Translations under genes and position numbers: made by a program
Shown: positions 34,087 to 44,422 of the stretch, piece after piece
Layout of the letters: each line of letters begins with the position of its first letter
Numbering within the stretch: position 1 is the first letter of the stretch
Origin: an uncultured Actinomycetota bacterium
Lineage (GTDB): Bacteria; Actinomycetota; Humimicrobiia; Humimicrobiales; Humimicrobiaceae
DNA length: 64,000 nt
Assembly: GCA_964423265.1 (NCBI GenBank)
Contig: CAYREF010000001.1
Coordinates: 4,548-68,547, forward strand
Direction: 5' to 3'
The notes under the pieces: generated by a model
Seen by the model: only the letters and a program-made list of their open reading frames with translations
The model's database searches: none
Told to the model about the DNA's origin: nothing

Positions 34087-34713
34087 ATGAGTCAGACAAA
34101 AGAATCAGTATGCAAGTTATGCAGAAGAGAAAAGCAAAAGCTATTTTTAAAAGGGCAAAGGTGCTTTACTGATAAATGTGCTATTGAGAGAAAGCCTTAC
34201 TCTCCTGGACAAAGAGCTAAAAGAAGGACCATTGAGTCTGAATATTATGCGCAGCTCAGAGAGAAACAGAAGGCAAAGAGGTATTATGGGTTAAGAGAAA
34301 GGCAGTTTAGGAATTATTATGAGAAGTCTGTAAAGAAGCGTGGTGTAACCGGAGAAACCTTGCTCCAGTTGCTTGAAACCAGGCTGGATAATATTGTTTA
34401 CCTGATGGGCTTTTCATCATCAAGGCCTTTGGCTAAGCAGTTAATCGGGCATGGTCACGTTATGGTGGATGGCAAAGTTGTGGATATACCTTCTTACCAG
34501 GTTAAGGACAACCAGGAGATAAGTATCAGCCAGTCAAGCCAAGACATAGCTTCCGTAATAGAGTCAAAGGAAAGCGCTGCAAGCCTTACTCCACCAGAAT
34601 GGCTGGAGGTAAATTTAGAGAATTTAAAGGGAAAAGTATTAAGGGTGCCAAAGCGGGAAGAAATTAAGGCACCAATAAATGAGAGGATAATTGTTGAGCT
34701 ATATTCTAAATAG
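34087..34713 (+). CDS. rpsD: 30S ribosomal protein S4
   Basis: 208 aa. N-terminal Cys cluster CKLCRRE...C. Confidence 0.96.
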   Translation: MSQTKESVCKLCRREKQKLFLKGQRCFTDKCAIERKPYSPGQRAKRRTIESEYYAQLREKQKAKRYYGLRERQFRNYYEKSVKKRGVTGETLLQLLETRLDNIVYLMGFSSSRPLAKQLIGHGHVMVDGKVVDIPSYQVKDNQEISISQSSQDIASVIESKESAASLTPPEWLEVNLENLKGKVLRVPKREEIKAPINERIIVELYSK

Positions 34714-34724
34714 AATATTTTTGC

Positions 34725-35681
34725 TTGGGAGGTAGATTTAAATTGTTAAAAATGCAAAAACCAAATGTTAGAATTCAACACCAGGATGAGAGCTATGGTG
34801 AATTTATTATAGAGCCCCTTGAGAGGGGATTTGGCCACACTCTAGGTAACTCTATTAGGAGGGTTCTTTTGTCGTCAATTGAAGGAGTGGGCATAACAAA
34901 GCTGAAAATCGAGGGTGTTGATCATGAGTTTTCCACAGTTGAGGGAATGAAGGAAGATATACTGGAATTCATTGCTAACCTAAAAGGCGTTATTTTCCAG
35001 ATGGATGGGGATGAACCGGTAAAGTTAAAAATGGAGAAAAAAGGTCCTGGTGAAGTAAAAGCATCAGATATAAAGCTTACTTCAGAGGCTGAAATTTTAA
35101 ACCTTGATACCTATATTGCGACCTTGACCAATAAGAGCCAATTGATGGTTGAATTTATACTGGAGAGAGGCAAAGGCTATAGGCTGGCTAGCGAAAATTC
35201 AATTGAAGAAGATGAAATTGGGGTAATACCGCTAGACACTATTTTTGCACCTATTAAAAATGTTTCATTTAAAGTTGAAAATACCAGGGTTGGGCAGATG
35301 ACCAATTTCGATAAACTGATCTTGGAAATCAATACAAACGGAAGCATTAAACCTGAAGAGGCACTAAGCCAGGCTTCAAAAATAATAAATGATTACATGG
35401 CTTTACTGATTGACCTTTCCGATAAGGGCAATAAAGATGACCCTATTTTTGAAGAAGTAAAGGAAGAAGAGGAAAAACCCGAATACCCGACAATTGAGGA
35501 GTTAGAGCTTTCGGTAAGGGCTTATAACTGCTTAAAGAGGGAAGGAATAGATACAGTAGAAAAGCTTTTAGACTACAGTGAAGATGAGCTTCTTGATATC
35601 AGGAATTTTGGGCAAAAATCGATACAGGAAGTTAAGGATAAAGTAAAAGAATTAGGACTATCTTTTAAAAGTAAGCAGTAG
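34725..35681 (+). CDS. rpoA: DNA-directed RNA polymerase subunit alpha
   Basis: 318 aa, NTD and CTD regions. Confidence 0.96.
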   Translation: MGGRFKLLKMQKPNVRIQHQDESYGEFIIEPLERGFGHTLGNSIRRVLLSSIEGVGITKLKIEGVDHEFSTVEGMKEDILEFIANLKGVIFQMDGDEPVKLKMEKKGPGEVKASDIKLTSEAEILNLDTYIATLTNKSQLMVEFILERGKGYRLASENSIEEDEIGVIPLDTIFAPIKNVSFKVENTRVGQMTNFDKLILEINTNGSIKPEEALSQASKIINDYMALLIDLSDKGNKDDPIFEEVKEEEEKPEYPTIEELELSVRAYNCLKREGIDTVEKLLDYSEDELLDIRNFGQKSIQEVKDKVKELGLSFKSKQ

Positions 35682-35698
35682 AGCGGGAGAAGATTATT

Positions 35699-36052
35699 AT
35701 GGTAATACCAAAAAAAGCAGCAAAATTTGGCGGAAGCAGTAGCCACCAGAAGGCAATGATGGCTAATATGGCTATTTCGCTATTTGAAAATGGAAGGATA
35801 GAAACTACCCTACCTAAGGCTAAGCATTTAAGAGGATTTGTGGACAAACTTGTAAACATGGCTAAAAAGGATAATTTGGCCGCCAGGAGGAATTGCCTTA
35901 GGTTGCTTAAGAATTATAAGGGTGTGCAAAGATTATTTAACGAAGTTGCACCAAGGCTTTATGAGCGGAACAGCGGCTTTACCAGGATCATTAAGTATAA
36001 GCGCAGGCTCGGAGATGGTGCGCAAATAGTTATCATGGAACTTGTAGAATAA
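35699..36052 (+). CDS. rplQ: 50S ribosomal protein L17
   Basis: 117 aa L17 family. Confidence 0.95.
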   Translation: MVIPKKAAKFGGSSSHQKAMMANMAISLFENGRIETTLPKAKHLRGFVDKLVNMAKKDNLAARRNCLRLLKNYKGVQRLFNEVAPRLYERNSGFTRIIKYKRRLGDGAQIVIMELVE

Positions 36053-36059
36053 GTGTTGT

Positions 36060-36806
36060 TTGAAAATGGCAAATTATATGGCTGTTATTGAATATGACGG
36101 CGCGGGATATCGCGGTTTTCAGTCTCAACCTGGAAATGTGCCCACTATAGAAGCAGAACTTGGAAAGGTTTTTAGGAAAATTTTGGGCACAGAAATTAAG
36201 TTGAGCTATTCTGGGAGGACTGATGCAGGAGTGCACGCCCTATACCAGGTGATAAATTTTAAGTTTGGCGGAGAGCTGGACCTGTATAGGTTTAAGTGGT
36301 CAGTTAATTGCATGCTGCCGGCGGATATAGGGCTTAAGTCTATAAAGGAAGTTGGGAAAAGTTTTGATGCCCGGAGGAGTGCCAAGCATAGGGAATATAG
36401 CTACTATGTGGTAAACGGGAATTTTCAAAGTGTTTTTTTGAAAAAGTACAGCATATTGGTAACGCATAAGCTAGATTTGGCGCTAATGCAGGAGGCTTCT
36501 AAATTATTTGTTGGAAAAAAAGATTTTAAAGCTTTTAGCAAGGCTGATAACCAGAAGAATAATACTGTAAGAGAAGTTTTTGGGCTTGATATAGCTAGAT
36601 CTGAAAATAATTTAATTATTTTTAATATAAAGGGAAATTCATTTTTATATAATATGGTAAGAATTATTGTAGGTACATTGTTGGATCTGGGAAAGGGTAA
36701 CAGAAGCATTGACAGCATAAAAGAAGCCCTAGAAAAGAAAGAGAGGAGCCTAAGCGAAACCCCGGTACCGGCTAAAGGATTGTTTCTTATCAAAGTTAGT
36801 TATTGA
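36060..36806 (+). CDS. truA: tRNA pseudouridine(38-40) synthase
   Basis: 248 aa. [16 protein letters not shown] and GRTDAGVHA. Confidence 0.93.
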   Translation: MKMANYMAVIEYDGAGYRGFQSQPGNVPTIEAELGKVFRKILGTEIKLSYSGRTDAGVHALYQVINFKFGGELDLYRFKWSVNCMLPADIGLKSIKEVGKSFDARRSAKHREYSYYVVNGNFQSVFLKKYSILVTHKLDLALMQEASKLFVGKKDFKAFSKADNQKNNTVREVFGLDIARSENNLIIFNIKGNSFLYNMVRIIVGTLLDLGKGNRSIDSIKEALEKKERSLSETPVPAKGLFLIKVSY

Positions 36807-36822
36807 ATATTGGAGGATAAAT

Positions 36823-37266
36823 ATGGCAGAAACGGGATTTAAGACATATTATGCAAAAAAAGGAGAAATAGATAGGAAATGGTATTTAATAGATGCTAGT
36901 GGCAAGACCCTAGGAAAGCTTGCTACTGAGGCTGCAAAAATACTCAGGGGGAAAAACAAGGCTATTTATACCCCTAATGTTGACTGCGGCGATTTTGTAG
37001 TTGTCGTAAATGCAGAAAAAATAAAGGTTTCCGGAAAAAAAATGCAGGATAAAAAATATTATAGGCACTCCGGCCATATTGGAAACCTGAAAGCCGAAAC
37101 CCTAGAAGAAAAACTTAAGAAAAAGCCGGAGGATGTAATAAGAATAGCGGTTAAAGGCATGCTTCCCCGTAACAAGCTGAACCGGAAAGTGATAAAGAAA
37201 TTAAAGATTTATAAGGGGTCCAGCCATCCGCATAAAGCACAAAAACCTGAAAAATTAGAAATTTGA
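36823..37266 (+). CDS. rplM: 50S ribosomal protein L13
   Basis: 147 aa L13 family. Confidence 0.96.
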   Translation: MAETGFKTYYAKKGEIDRKWYLIDASGKTLGKLATEAAKILRGKNKAIYTPNVDCGDFVVVVNAEKIKVSGKKMQDKKYYRHSGHIGNLKAETLEEKLKKKPEDVIRIAVKGMLPRNKLNRKVIKKLKIYKGSSHPHKAQKPEKLEI

Positions 37267-37278
37267 GGAGGATAAAAG

Positions 37279-37674
37279 TTGGCAGACAAGGTTAGTTACA
37301 AAGCAACTGGAAAAAGAAAGAATTCGATAGCGCAAGTGGAATTGGTTCCCGGAAAGGGAGAGATAATTGTAAACGATAAGAAGTTTAAGGATTATTTTCC
37401 TAGAGAGACCTTAAGAATTATTGTTTATGAACCCCTTAAGTTAACTGGTACTGATAATGCTTATAATATTGTTGCCGGAATAAAAGGCGGGGGGATATCT
37501 GCACAGGCAGATGCATTAAGGCATGGCATTTCAAGAGCTCTGCTGGAGATAAATGCAGAGTACAGGCCAATCTTAAAGAAAGCTGGTTTGCTTACCAGGG
37601 ATCCCCGGGAAAAAGAGAGAAAAAAATATGGTCTTAAGAAAGCCAGAAAGAGACCACAGTTCTCAAAGAGGTAA
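37279..37674 (+). CDS. rpsI: 30S ribosomal protein S9
   Basis: 131 aa S9 family. Confidence 0.96.
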   Translation: MADKVSYKATGKRKNSIAQVELVPGKGEIIVNDKKFKDYFPRETLRIIVYEPLKLTGTDNAYNIVAGIKGGGISAQADALRHGISRALLEINAEYRPILKKAGLLTRDPREKERKKYGLKKARKRPQFSKR

Positions 37675-37683
37675 TACAATTAT

Positions 37684-38694
37684 TTGGCTAGATATCCAAG
37701 AATATATATAAATCTAGATAGAGTTAAGCATAATACTAGAGTTATAAGCGGCCGGTGTGCAGAATTAGGCATATCGGTCGTTGCTGTTACTAAGGGCGTT
37801 CTAGGAAATCTGAGAGTAGCCGAAGCTATTGCAGAGTCAGGGATTGGAATGTTTGCAGACAGCAGGCTGCCAAATCTGGAGAAGCTGGAAAAAAAATTCA
37901 AGAGAAACCAATTAATGCAGCTTAGGACTCCTATGTTAAGCGAAGTCAGCCAGATGGTAAGAACATGCGGCATTAGCATGGAAACAGAGATTGAAGCAGT
38001 GAAGAGAATAGAGAAAGCATGCCAGAGAATTAATAAAAGCCACAGAATTCTAATAATGCTGGACATCGATGATGAAAGGGAGGGTTTGCTTCCCAGGCAA
38101 GTTTTATCTTTTTGCAGGAAGGTAACCAAGACTTGCAAATGGGTAGAAATTTACGGGCTGGGGACAAATGCCAGATGTATCTCAGAAACTGAACCTAAAA
38201 AGAGCAGCCTTTATGCCCTGATTAATACAGCAAATGTGCTTAAAAGGGAACTGGGAATAAAGGTAAAGGTGCTATCAGGGGGGAACTCAAGCTTGTGGAA
38301 TTTAATTATGGCCAAAAAAACACCGGCAGGAATAAACCAGGTAAGGATCGGGGAGGCTATATTTTTAGGGCATGAAACTGTTGGCTACCGCCACATAGAG
38401 GGGGCTAACCAGGACTGCTTTGTTCTAGAGGCTGAAGTAATTGAGTCAAAAGAAGGTACTAAAAAAGCTATTTTAGGTCTGGGGTTGCAGGACACTGGGG
38501 CCGGAAAAATAAAGGCAAAAAATAAGGCAATTAAAGTTTTAGGCCAAAGCAGCGACCATACTGTTATTTCATGGGATAAAAAAAGCGGGGGAAGCTTCCT
38601 TGTAGGGGATAAAATTTCTTTTAATATAGATTATTTTGGTCTATTATCTTGTATGACTTCCCCTTTTGTGGAAAAAGTGTATATAGAGGATTAA
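37684..38694 (+). CDS. Alanine/ornithine racemase-family PLP enzyme (YhfX-like, fold-type III)
   Basis: 336 aa. Candidate PLP-lysine context VAVTKGVLG. Racemase N-terminal barrel plus C-terminal beta domain. Confidence 0.5.
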   Translation: MARYPRIYINLDRVKHNTRVISGRCAELGISVVAVTKGVLGNLRVAEAIAESGIGMFADSRLPNLEKLEKKFKRNQLMQLRTPMLSEVSQMVRTCGISMETEIEAVKRIEKACQRINKSHRILIMLDIDDEREGLLPRQVLSFCRKVTKTCKWVEIYGLGTNARCISETEPKKSSLYALINTANVLKRELGIKVKVLSGGNSSLWNLIMAKKTPAGINQVRIGEAIFLGHETVGYRHIEGANQDCFVLEAEVIESKEGTKKAILGLGLQDTGAGKIKAKNKAIKVLGQSSDHTVISWDKKSGGSFLVGDKISFNIDYFGLLSCMTSPFVEKVYIED

Positions 38695-38698
38695 ACAT

Positions 38699-40057
38699 AT
38701 GAAAGATTTACGGAAACTTTTTGGTACAGACGGCATAAGGGGCATTGCAAATAAGGAATTAACTGCAGAGCTTGCATTAAATGTAGGGCATGCAGGGGCT
38801 AAGTATCTTGTTGAGGGCAAGGAAAAGGGTAGGATAATTGTGGGAAAAGATCCCAGGCCTTCCGGTGACTTTATTGAACATGCCCTTATTGCAGGGATAC
38901 TGTCAAGTGGCCAGGATGTTTTAAAGGCAGGTACTATCAGTACTCCTGCCGTGGCTTTGCTTACTAAAATACTGAATCTGGAAGGTGGAGTGGTTATATC
39001 TGCATCCCATAATCCCCTAGATGATAATGGGATTAAATTTTTTGGCAAGGGAGGAAACAAGCTTAGGGATAAACAGGAAAAAGCCATAGAAGACTATATT
39101 GCAGATAAGGACTTTAAAAATAATTTTTGCCCTACTGGCACGGGAGTGGGAAGATGCAGAGATTTGGAAGACGCAAAGGAAATTTACCTTGATTATTTGC
39201 TAAAGAATATAAAGTTAAACCTCGAAGGCTGTCAGGTTGTCCTTGATTGTGCAAACGGTGCTTTAAGCGCTATTGCCCCGGAAGCTTTTTCCAGGCTGGG
39301 AGCAAGAGTCAAAAGTTTTAACACTGACCTGGAAGGGGAAAATATTAATAGGGGTTGTGGGTCTACTTATCCTGAAGTATTAAAGAAGCTGGTGCTTGAT
39401 AATAAAGCTGATTTCGGCTTTTCTTTTGACGGTGATGGCGACAGGGTAATTATTTGTGACAGGAAAGGCCGGATACTGGATGGAGACAATATAATTGCCT
39501 TTTGTGCTGTAAACATGGCAAAGGTAGGGAGATTAAAGAATAATGCGGTAGTTACTACAGTTATGGCTAATATGGGTTTTGATAAAGCTATGGAAGAAAA
39601 AAACATTAAGGTATTTAAAACCAGTGTAGGGGATAGGTATGTCCTGGAGAAGATGAATGAGATCGGGGCTGTATTTGGAGGAGAGCAATCAGGGCATATA
39701 ATATTTAAGGAGATTAGCCCCACAGGTGACGGCCTTGTAAGTGCATTGCAGTTTTTAAAAACATTAGTTTCAACAGATTACAACCCGGATGATATCTATA
39801 ATATAATTATAAGGTATCCTCAGGTGTTAAAGAATGTAAAGGTGAAAAATAAAAAGGAAATTGCAGACAGCAGCTATTTGGTGGAAAAGGTAACGGCTAT
39901 GAAAAAAAGATTGGGGAATGATGGAAGGATAGTGGTTAGGCCTTCAGGTACTGAACCGGTTATAAGGGTTATGATAGAAGCCAAAACCATAGAAGAAGCA
40001 AACAGGGTGGCTGATATGATGTCATCTTATATTGTTGATTACAATAAGGGAAAATAA
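38699..40057 (+). CDS. glmM: Phosphoglucosamine mutase
   Basis: 452 aa. GTDGIRG and active-site SASHNP. Confidence 0.93.
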   Translation: MKDLRKLFGTDGIRGIANKELTAELALNVGHAGAKYLVEGKEKGRIIVGKDPRPSGDFIEHALIAGILSSGQDVLKAGTISTPAVALLTKILNLEGGVVISASHNPLDDNGIKFFGKGGNKLRDKQEKAIEDYIADKDFKNNFCPTGTGVGRCRDLEDAKEIYLDYLLKNIKLNLEGCQVVLDCANGALSAIAPEAFSRLGARVKSFNTDLEGENINRGCGSTYPEVLKKLVLDNKADFGFSFDGDGDRVIICDRKGRILDGDNIIAFCAVNMAKVGRLKNNAVVTTVMANMGFDKAMEEKNIKVFKTSVGDRYVLEKMNEIGAVFGGEQSGHIIFKEISPTGDGLVSALQFLKTLVSTDYNPDDIYNIIIRYPQVLKNVKVKNKKEIADSSYLVEKVTAMKKRLGNDGRIVVRPSGTEPVIRVMIEAKTIEEANRVADMMSSYIVDYNKGK

Positions 40058-40073
40058 GGGATGGGAGGATTTG

Positions 40074-41909
40074 ATGTGCGGTATTGTAGCCTATGTTGGC
40101 AGCAGGAATTGTAAGAGGATATTAATAAATGGCTTAAAAAGGCTTGAATATAGGGGTTATGACTCGGCGGGTATAGGAATTATAGCCAACAGTTCAGGAG
40201 CATATAAGGTAACAATTGTAAAAGAAGCCGGTAAGATAAAAGAGCTTGAGGAAGAATTAAAGAATATAAGCACAGATGGACATTGTGGCATTGGCCACAC
40301 AAGATGGGCAACCCATGGCGAGCCTACCAGGGCTAATGCACATCCCCACAAGGATTGCAGCGGCAGTATAGCAGTGGCTCATAATGGAATTATTGAAAAT
40401 TACCAGGAAATAAAGAAGGAGCTGGAGGAAAAGGGCCATAAATTTTTATCCCAAACAGATACTGAAGTCCTTCCCCATCTTTTAGAAGAATACAATAGCG
40501 GCGACTTGATGATAGCGATGCAGAAATTAATGAAGAAAATAAAAGGATCCGGGGCTATTGTAGCCGTATCATCAGAAAAACCGGATGAGATTGTTGGAGC
40601 AAGGCTGGCTAGTCCCCTGATTGTGGGCGTCTCTAAGAATGGCAATTTCCTTGCTTCTGATATGCCAGCTGTTTTGGAGCATACCAGGAATTTTATGGTA
40701 TTAAATGATTATGAGACAGTAAGGTTAAAAAAAGATTCAGTAAATATTTATGATAAAGAGGGCAAGTTGGTTGAAAGGGAAACCTTTAAAGTCAACTGGA
40801 GCATAGCCAATGCTGAAAAGGCTGGCTATCCTGATTTTATGCTTAAAGAAATATATGAACAACCCCATGGGGTAAAAGAGACCATGAGGGGCAGGCTTAT
40901 AGATGGTAAATTGAACTTTGATGAACTGAACTTAAGTGAAAAGAAAATAAAGGATTTAAAGAAAATACAGATTATAGCCTGTGGTACTTCCTACCATGCA
41001 GCATTAACAGGAAAGCAGATTATAGAGAGGTGGGCTAAAATCTCTGTGGAAGTTGACTATAGTTCAGAATATAGATACAGGGATCCTATTGTGGAAGATA
41101 ACTGCCTGTTTGTTGCAATTACCCAGTCAGGGGAAACTATTGACACCCTTGCTGCAATCCGGGAATCAAGGTCTAAAGGAGCTAAGGTAGTTGCAATTAC
41201 CAATATAGTGGGGAGTACGGTAGCCAGGGAATCTGATTCTGTAATTTATACCCATGCTGGGCCAGAAATAGGTGTTTGTGCCACTAAGACATTTACTGCC
41301 CAAATTGTGGTTATGTATCTCATGGCTCTTTATTTTGCTAGGGTAAAGGGAACCATAGATGATGATTTTTATGAAAAGGTAATTGAAGAGCTTGAATTTC
41401 TGCCTAATAAAATCCAGGATATACTAAACAGGGAAGATCAGATTAAAAAAATATCCGACCAGACCTATAAACATTCTTGTTTCTTATTTCTCGGCAGGAT
41501 TTATGGATTGCCCATGGCTCTGGAAGGAGCCTTAAAATTAAAAGAAATAAGCTATATCCATGCTGAAGGTTACCCGGCAGGGGAAATGAAACATGGGCCT
41601 ATAGCATTAACCGATAAAAGAACAGTGGTAGTTGGTATCATGCCCAATGATTATGTCTACGAAAAGCTGCTTAGCAATATACAGGAAGCAAAGGCAAGAA
41701 AGGCTACCCTTTTTTCAATAGTCACTAAAGGTAATACACAGGTTAGTAAATATGTAGATTATTCTTTTGAGATACCAAAAACTTTAGAGGAATTATCAGG
41801 AATATTGTCTGTAATACCATTACAGCTTTATGCATACTATATTGCCAAAAATTTAAACCGTGATGTTGACCAGCCAAGGAATTTAGCAAAAAGTGTTACC
41901 GTGGAGTAG
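40074..41909 (+). CDS. glmS: Glutamine--fructose-6-phosphate aminotransferase
   Basis: ORF track 40032. The catalytic N-terminus must be Met-Cys (MCGIVAYVG) at 40074, with SD GGGAGGA upstream. Two SIS domains. Confidence 0.93.
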   Translation: MCGIVAYVGSRNCKRILINGLKRLEYRGYDSAGIGIIANSSGAYKVTIVKEAGKIKELEEELKNISTDGHCGIGHTRWATHGEPTRANAHPHKDCSGSIAVAHNGIIENYQEIKKELEEKGHKFLSQTDTEVLPHLLEEYNSGDLMIAMQKLMKKIKGSGAIVAVSSEKPDEIVGARLASPLIVGVSKNGNFLASDMPAVLEHTRNFMVLNDYETVRLKKDSVNIYDKEGKLVERETFKVNWSIANAEKAGYPDFMLKEIYEQPHGVKETMRGRLIDGKLNFDELNLSEKKIKDLKKIQIIACGTSYHAALTGKQIIERWAKISVEVDYSSEYRYRDPIVEDNCLFVAITQSGETIDTLAAIRESRSKGAKVVAITNIVGSTVARESDSVIYTHAGPEIGVCATKTFTAQIVVMYLMALYFARVKGTIDDDFYEKVIEELEFLPNKIQDILNREDQIKKISDQTYKHSCFLFLGRIYGLPMALEGALKLKEISYIHAEGYPAGEMKHGPIALTDKRTVVVGIMPNDYVYEKLLSNIQEAKARKATLFSIVTKGNTQVSKYVDYSFEIPKTLEELSGILSVIPLQLYAYYIAKNLNRDVDQPRNLAKSVTVE

Positions 41910-41923
41910 TATTGTCTATTTAC

Positions 41924-42295
41924 ATGGCAGGAGTAGATATAATTGAGGTTGAAAGGATAAGAAAGGCAGCTAACAATTCAGAAGCTTTTCTAAATAGGGT
42001 ATTTACTCCAGATGAGCTAAAATACTGCCGGTCCAAAGGTAAGCAAATGTATCCAAGTCTAGCCTCACGTTTTGCGGCAAAAGAAGCTGCGGCCAAATCA
42101 ATGGGAAAAGGCTTTGGGAAAAATTTATCATTGAAAGAAATTGAAATCAAAAACAAGGATGACGGTTCCCCCTATATTGTTTTACACGAACGGGCTAAAG
42201 AAATTGCAGAGAAGCTAGGTATAAAGGAAGTAAAGTTATCCCTTTCTGCTACCAATGAGTATGCAGTTGCTTTTTCGGTTTCAATTAAAGCTTAA
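41924..42295 (+). CDS. acpS: Holo-[acyl-carrier-protein] synthase
   Basis: MAGVDIIEVERI. ORF-track start 41912. Confidence 0.85.
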   Translation: MAGVDIIEVERIRKAANNSEAFLNRVFTPDELKYCRSKGKQMYPSLASRFAAKEAAAKSMGKGFGKNLSLKEIEIKNKDDGSPYIVLHERAKEIAEKLGIKEVKLSLSATNEYAVAFSVSIKA

Positions 42296-42353
42296 TTATA
42301 GCGGCTCTTTTTTGCTATAATAGTTCTATCATGTAAATTGTAAGGAATATTAT

Positions 42354-43952
42354 ATGGGTTTAGAAAGAATACTTAGGGGAAGCAGGATAGCTGAAATTGA
42401 TCGGAAATGCATAAATGGTGGTATAGATTCAAAATGGCTGATGAAGAATGCGGGGAATTGTGTTTCTAAAGAAATTAAAGGTGATTTAAAAAACAAAAAG
42501 GACGCAAATGGAATAATAATTTGTGGAGGTGGAAACAATGGCGGCGACGGGTTTGTTGCAGCCATTGATTTAATAAAAGCAGGCTTTGATATAAAAGTCT
42601 TCTATATTTCTCCCACAGAAAAATTTAGCAGTGATTCTTCATATTATTTTAATAAGCTTTCCGCGCTTAAGGGATCTGATACTTTTTACTTAAATATGGA
42701 AAACCAGGAAGTGGAAGAAATTTTTGGCCAGCAGTTGGATTCCGCTTATTTTATTGTGGATGCTATTTTCGGTACCGGCCTTCACGGGAAAGAAATTTAT
42801 GGACAAGCAAAAACTATAATAAATAGGATTAATCAGGCAAAGTCTAATAAAGGCAAGCTAATGTACTCAGTAGATATACCATCAGGTATAGATTCAGACA
42901 ATGGCATGGTTTTAGGAACTGCGGTAAGGGCTGATAAGACAATTACATTTGGATGCAAAAAATTGGGAATTGTTAATTTTCCGGGGGCTGAATATGCGGG
43001 AAAGATAAAAGTTGTGGATATAGGAATTCCCCCAAAGCACTTTAGCGGGTATGAAGATATTTTCAAAGTCCGGCTAGATTGGGTTTGTGAAAAAATACCT
43101 GAGCGCCAGTCCTGGACTTACAAGCATAAAGTAGGAAAACTTTTAGTTGTTGCCGGATCTATCGGGCTTAGTGGCGCTGCTTCTATGGCCTGCCTCTCTG
43201 CAATGAGGGCAGGAGCTGGGCTGGTAACCCTGGTATGCCCCTGGGAGCTAAATAGTATCTTTGAACAAAAGTTAACAGAGGTTATGACGTATCCAGTAGA
43301 CCAGACAGATGATGTTAGCATTCATTATGGAAGCCTGGAAAAAATTATAGATTTGAGTTCAAATTTTGATGCTCTGGCCATCGGTCCCGGCATATCCAAG
43401 AATTTAAGCACATTGCGTCTGGTAAGAGAAATACTTAAGGAGGTAAAAAAACCTACAGTACTTGATGCAGATGGCCTGGCAGCCCTGTACAGCCTTAGAG
43501 AAGCAGACCAGGATCAAAACTTTGACTTGTCCCATGTAATAATTACCCCCCATGCAGGCGAGCTATCAGTAATACTGGGCAGGGATAAAATTAGCTTGGA
43601 CCAGAGATATGATGTAAATGTAGGGGTGGCAAGGCAATTTAACCTGGTGTCAGTTTTAAAGGGGGCCAGGACCCTGATTTCAGAACCAGATGGAACTACT
43701 TTTATAAATAATACCGGGGATTGGGCACTGGCGACAGCCGGAACCGGCGATATACTAACTGGTATTATTGGGTCTTTACTTTCCCAGGGAATGGATAAGT
43801 TCGAGGGGGCTGCTTGCGGAGTTTTTATCCATGGGATGGCTTCGGACATTGTTTCCAAAAATACCAGCAAAACTTCCATGATAGCTACCGACTTGCTGGA
43901 AGGGATTAAAAAAACTTTTTTAAAAATAGAAAGAATAAAATACAAGGAGTGA
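42354..43952 (+). CDS. nnr: Bifunctional NAD(P)H-hydrate repair enzyme Nnr (YjeF_N epimerase + YjeF_C dehydratase)
   Basis: 532 aa. GGGNNGGDGFV (N-domain) and GTGDILTG (C-domain). Confidence 0.85.
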   Translation: MGLERILRGSRIAEIDRKCINGGIDSKWLMKNAGNCVSKEIKGDLKNKKDANGIIICGGGNNGGDGFVAAIDLIKAGFDIKVFYISPTEKFSSDSSYYFNKLSALKGSDTFYLNMENQEVEEIFGQQLDSAYFIVDAIFGTGLHGKEIYGQAKTIINRINQAKSNKGKLMYSVDIPSGIDSDNGMVLGTAVRADKTITFGCKKLGIVNFPGAEYAGKIKVVDIGIPPKHFSGYEDIFKVRLDWVCEKIPERQSWTYKHKVGKLLVVAGSIGLSGAASMACLSAMRAGAGLVTLVCPWELNSIFEQKLTEVMTYPVDQTDDVSIHYGSLEKIIDLSSNFDALAIGPGISKNLSTLRLVREILKEVKKPTVLDADGLAALYSLREADQDQNFDLSHVIITPHAGELSVILGRDKISLDQRYDVNVGVARQFNLVSVLKGARTLISEPDGTTFINNTGDWALATAGTGDILTGIIGSLLSQGMDKFEGAACGVFIHGMASDIVSKNTSKTSMIATDLLEGIKKTFLKIERIKYKE

Positions 43953-43955
43953 CTT

Positions 43956-44411
43956 ATGGCAGAATTAGTGGCAAAAGACGTTATGAACACAAATGTTATA
44001 ACTATAGGCAAGGATATATCCATAAAAGAGTTATCTGATCTCCTTTTAGATAATAATATTAGCGGGGTACCTGTGCTGGATGAACAGGGGAACATGATAG
44101 GCATTGTTACTGAGGGGGATATTATTGTCCAGGATACGGATCTTCATTTCCCCAGGTACTTTAAACTTCTAGATAGCATAATATACCTAGAGAGCCTTTC
44201 CAAATTTAAAAAAAGCCTAAAAAAGCATCTTGCAACCAAAGTTGAAGATATAATGACAGAAGAAGTTATAACAGTTACAGAAACCACTCCTGTAAATGAA
44301 ATAGCCAACTTGATGACTGAAAAAAATATTAACAGGGTACCGGTGGTGGACGAGGATAAAAAGTTGGTGGGCATTATTACCAGGTCAGATATAGTAAAAT
44401 CAATGATATAA
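43956..44411 (+). CDS. CBS domain pair protein
   Basis: 151 aa, two CBS motifs (GVPVLDEQGNMIGIVT / RVPVVDEDKKLVGIIT). Confidence 0.8.
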   Translation: MAELVAKDVMNTNVITIGKDISIKELSDLLLDNNISGVPVLDEQGNMIGIVTEGDIIVQDTDLHFPRYFKLLDSIIYLESLSKFKKSLKKHLATKVEDIMTEEVITVTETTPVNEIANLMTEKNINRVPVVDEDKKLVGIITRSDIVKSMI

Positions 44412-44422
44412 AAGTTAGTTAT

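Noticed and set aside
40032-40073. Possible glmS ribozyme or leader before glmS.
   Set aside because: glmS starts 17 nt after glmM stop with its own SD, inside an operon. There is no room for the about 150-nt ribozyme.
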